Of a stretch of 64,000 nucleotides of DNA, positions 63,393 to 64,000 are shown piece after piece (the stretch's first letter is position 1; every line of letters begins with the position of its first letter). This DNA is from Polyangiaceae bacterium (GTDB lineage: Bacteria; Myxococcota_A; Polyangia; Polyangiales; Polyangiaceae), in the NCBI GenBank assembly GCA_035063585.1, contig JAPSGB010000003.1:320001-384000 (forward strand), written 5' to 3'. The translations under genes were made by a program, and so were the position numbers. The notes below the pieces were generated by a model. The model was given only the letters and a program-made list of their open reading frames with translations, searched no databases and had not been told where the DNA came from.

Positions 63393-63640
63393 GCGAGCTC
63401 CGCGAGGGCTTCGGCGTGGCCGTTGCTCGACCCGTTCGTGGCGCGCGAGCCCGGCAGCGGGGTCGCCTCGTCGCGCGGCGACCAGTCGCGGATCTGCATC
63501 TCACCGGTCACGGGCACCGCCTCCAGCTTGACGTTGAGCGAGCCGTCGCTGTTGACGAAGGCGACGCCGACGCGGTTCCAGTAGCTGCGGCCGTTGCGCT
63601 CGGTGATGACGTAGACGATCTTGAGTTTGCTCTGGTCCAT
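63389..63640 (-). CDS. Small conserved-looking beta protein (83 aa), function unknown
   Basis: ATG after AGGAGG; YWNRVGVAFVNSDGSLNVKLEAVP; GTGA overlap with comEA. Confidence 0.8.
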   Translation of the reverse strand: MDQSKLKIVYVITERNGRSYWNRVGVAFVNSDGSLNVKLEAVPVTGEMQIRDWSPRDEATPLPGSRATNGSSNGHAEALAELA

Positions 63641-63717
63641 GATGTGTTCCTCCTGTGCTGCGCCGTCCGGGCGGCGCCGCGGGATTGCGGCGCTCGGCGG
63701 GTGGCGGAGGAGGTGAG

Positions 63718-63734
63718 TGCGAGCCGCGTGCCAG
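63718..63734 (-). promoter_or_regulatory. Putative sigma54 (-24/-12) promoter
   Basis: CTGGCACGCGGCTCGCA = TGGCACG-N4-TCGC, with correct GG-N10-GC spacing. Confidence 0.6.
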
Positions 63735-63854
63735 CCTCGACGTCGCGGAAAATCCGCAGGAAACGCCCTGCGCGCGGGTGGCGAAACGAGTTTCGCCGGC
63801 GGCGGCCGCCACCCGCTTTGCCGACCGGGAGCCTCGGCACTAGGCTCCTCGGCG

Positions 63855-64000
63855 ATGTCCACCACGTCGCGCCGCACGTTCCTCGAGGGCGCGGGGGCGT
63901 TCGGGGCCGCGCTCCTCGCCGGCCAGCACGCCCACGCCGAGGTCGACCCCATCACCGCGCTCATCGCGCGCCCGCCCGCAGGGTTCTCGCCCATGGCCGC
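63855..64000 (+). CDS. Partial Tat-exported protein, probably a third DUF362 paralogue (5' end only)
   Basis: MSTTSRRTFLEGAGAFGAALLAGQHAHAEVDPITALIARPPAGFSPMA; matches the A.PP.GF.P segment of the two DUF362 genes; not in the ORF track. Confidence 0.7.
   Translation, partial: MSTTSRRTFLEGAGAFGAALLAGQHAHAEVDPITALIARPPAGFSPMA

Overview
Very GC-rich (visually >70%) bacterial chromosomal window. Lipoproteins with Gly/Ala linkers and Cys-rich domains, a MYXO-CTERM-like tail, AgmX/PglI(GltG)-type C-terminal domains and TSP3-OmpA proteins point to Myxococcota, probably Polyangiaceae/Sorangiineae-like (inference). It holds about 52 CDSs and one tRNA-Ala(CGC). Housekeeping genes: dnaK, murA, short-form hisG, xseB, radC, a cinA-like gene, an rluA-type synthase, FKBP, amrB and yqgE. 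Many genes encode envelope proteins: two trypsin-like proteases, four FGE-sulfatase-domain proteins, two TSP3/OmpA barrels and three Tat-exported DUF362 paralogues (the third is cut by the window edge and absent from the ORF track). No integrase, transposase, CRISPR array or reverse transcriptase was seen. The most interesting candidates are: (1) a tandem pair of giant FecR-VIT-vWA-GltG/TonB-like-TPR proteins; (2) a PcfJ + NERD-nuclease/SF1-helicase pair beside a possible nuclease remnant; (3) a beta-propeller lipoprotein gene whose ATG is out of frame by exactly one unit of an (ACGC)5 tract, a candidate phase-variation switch; (4) a predicted sigma54-driven small-protein + comEA operon; (5) AT-rich recoded patches inside GC-rich CDSs, and widespread -10-adjacent (leaderless-like) starts. 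All function calls come from motif recognition by eye; no database search was run.
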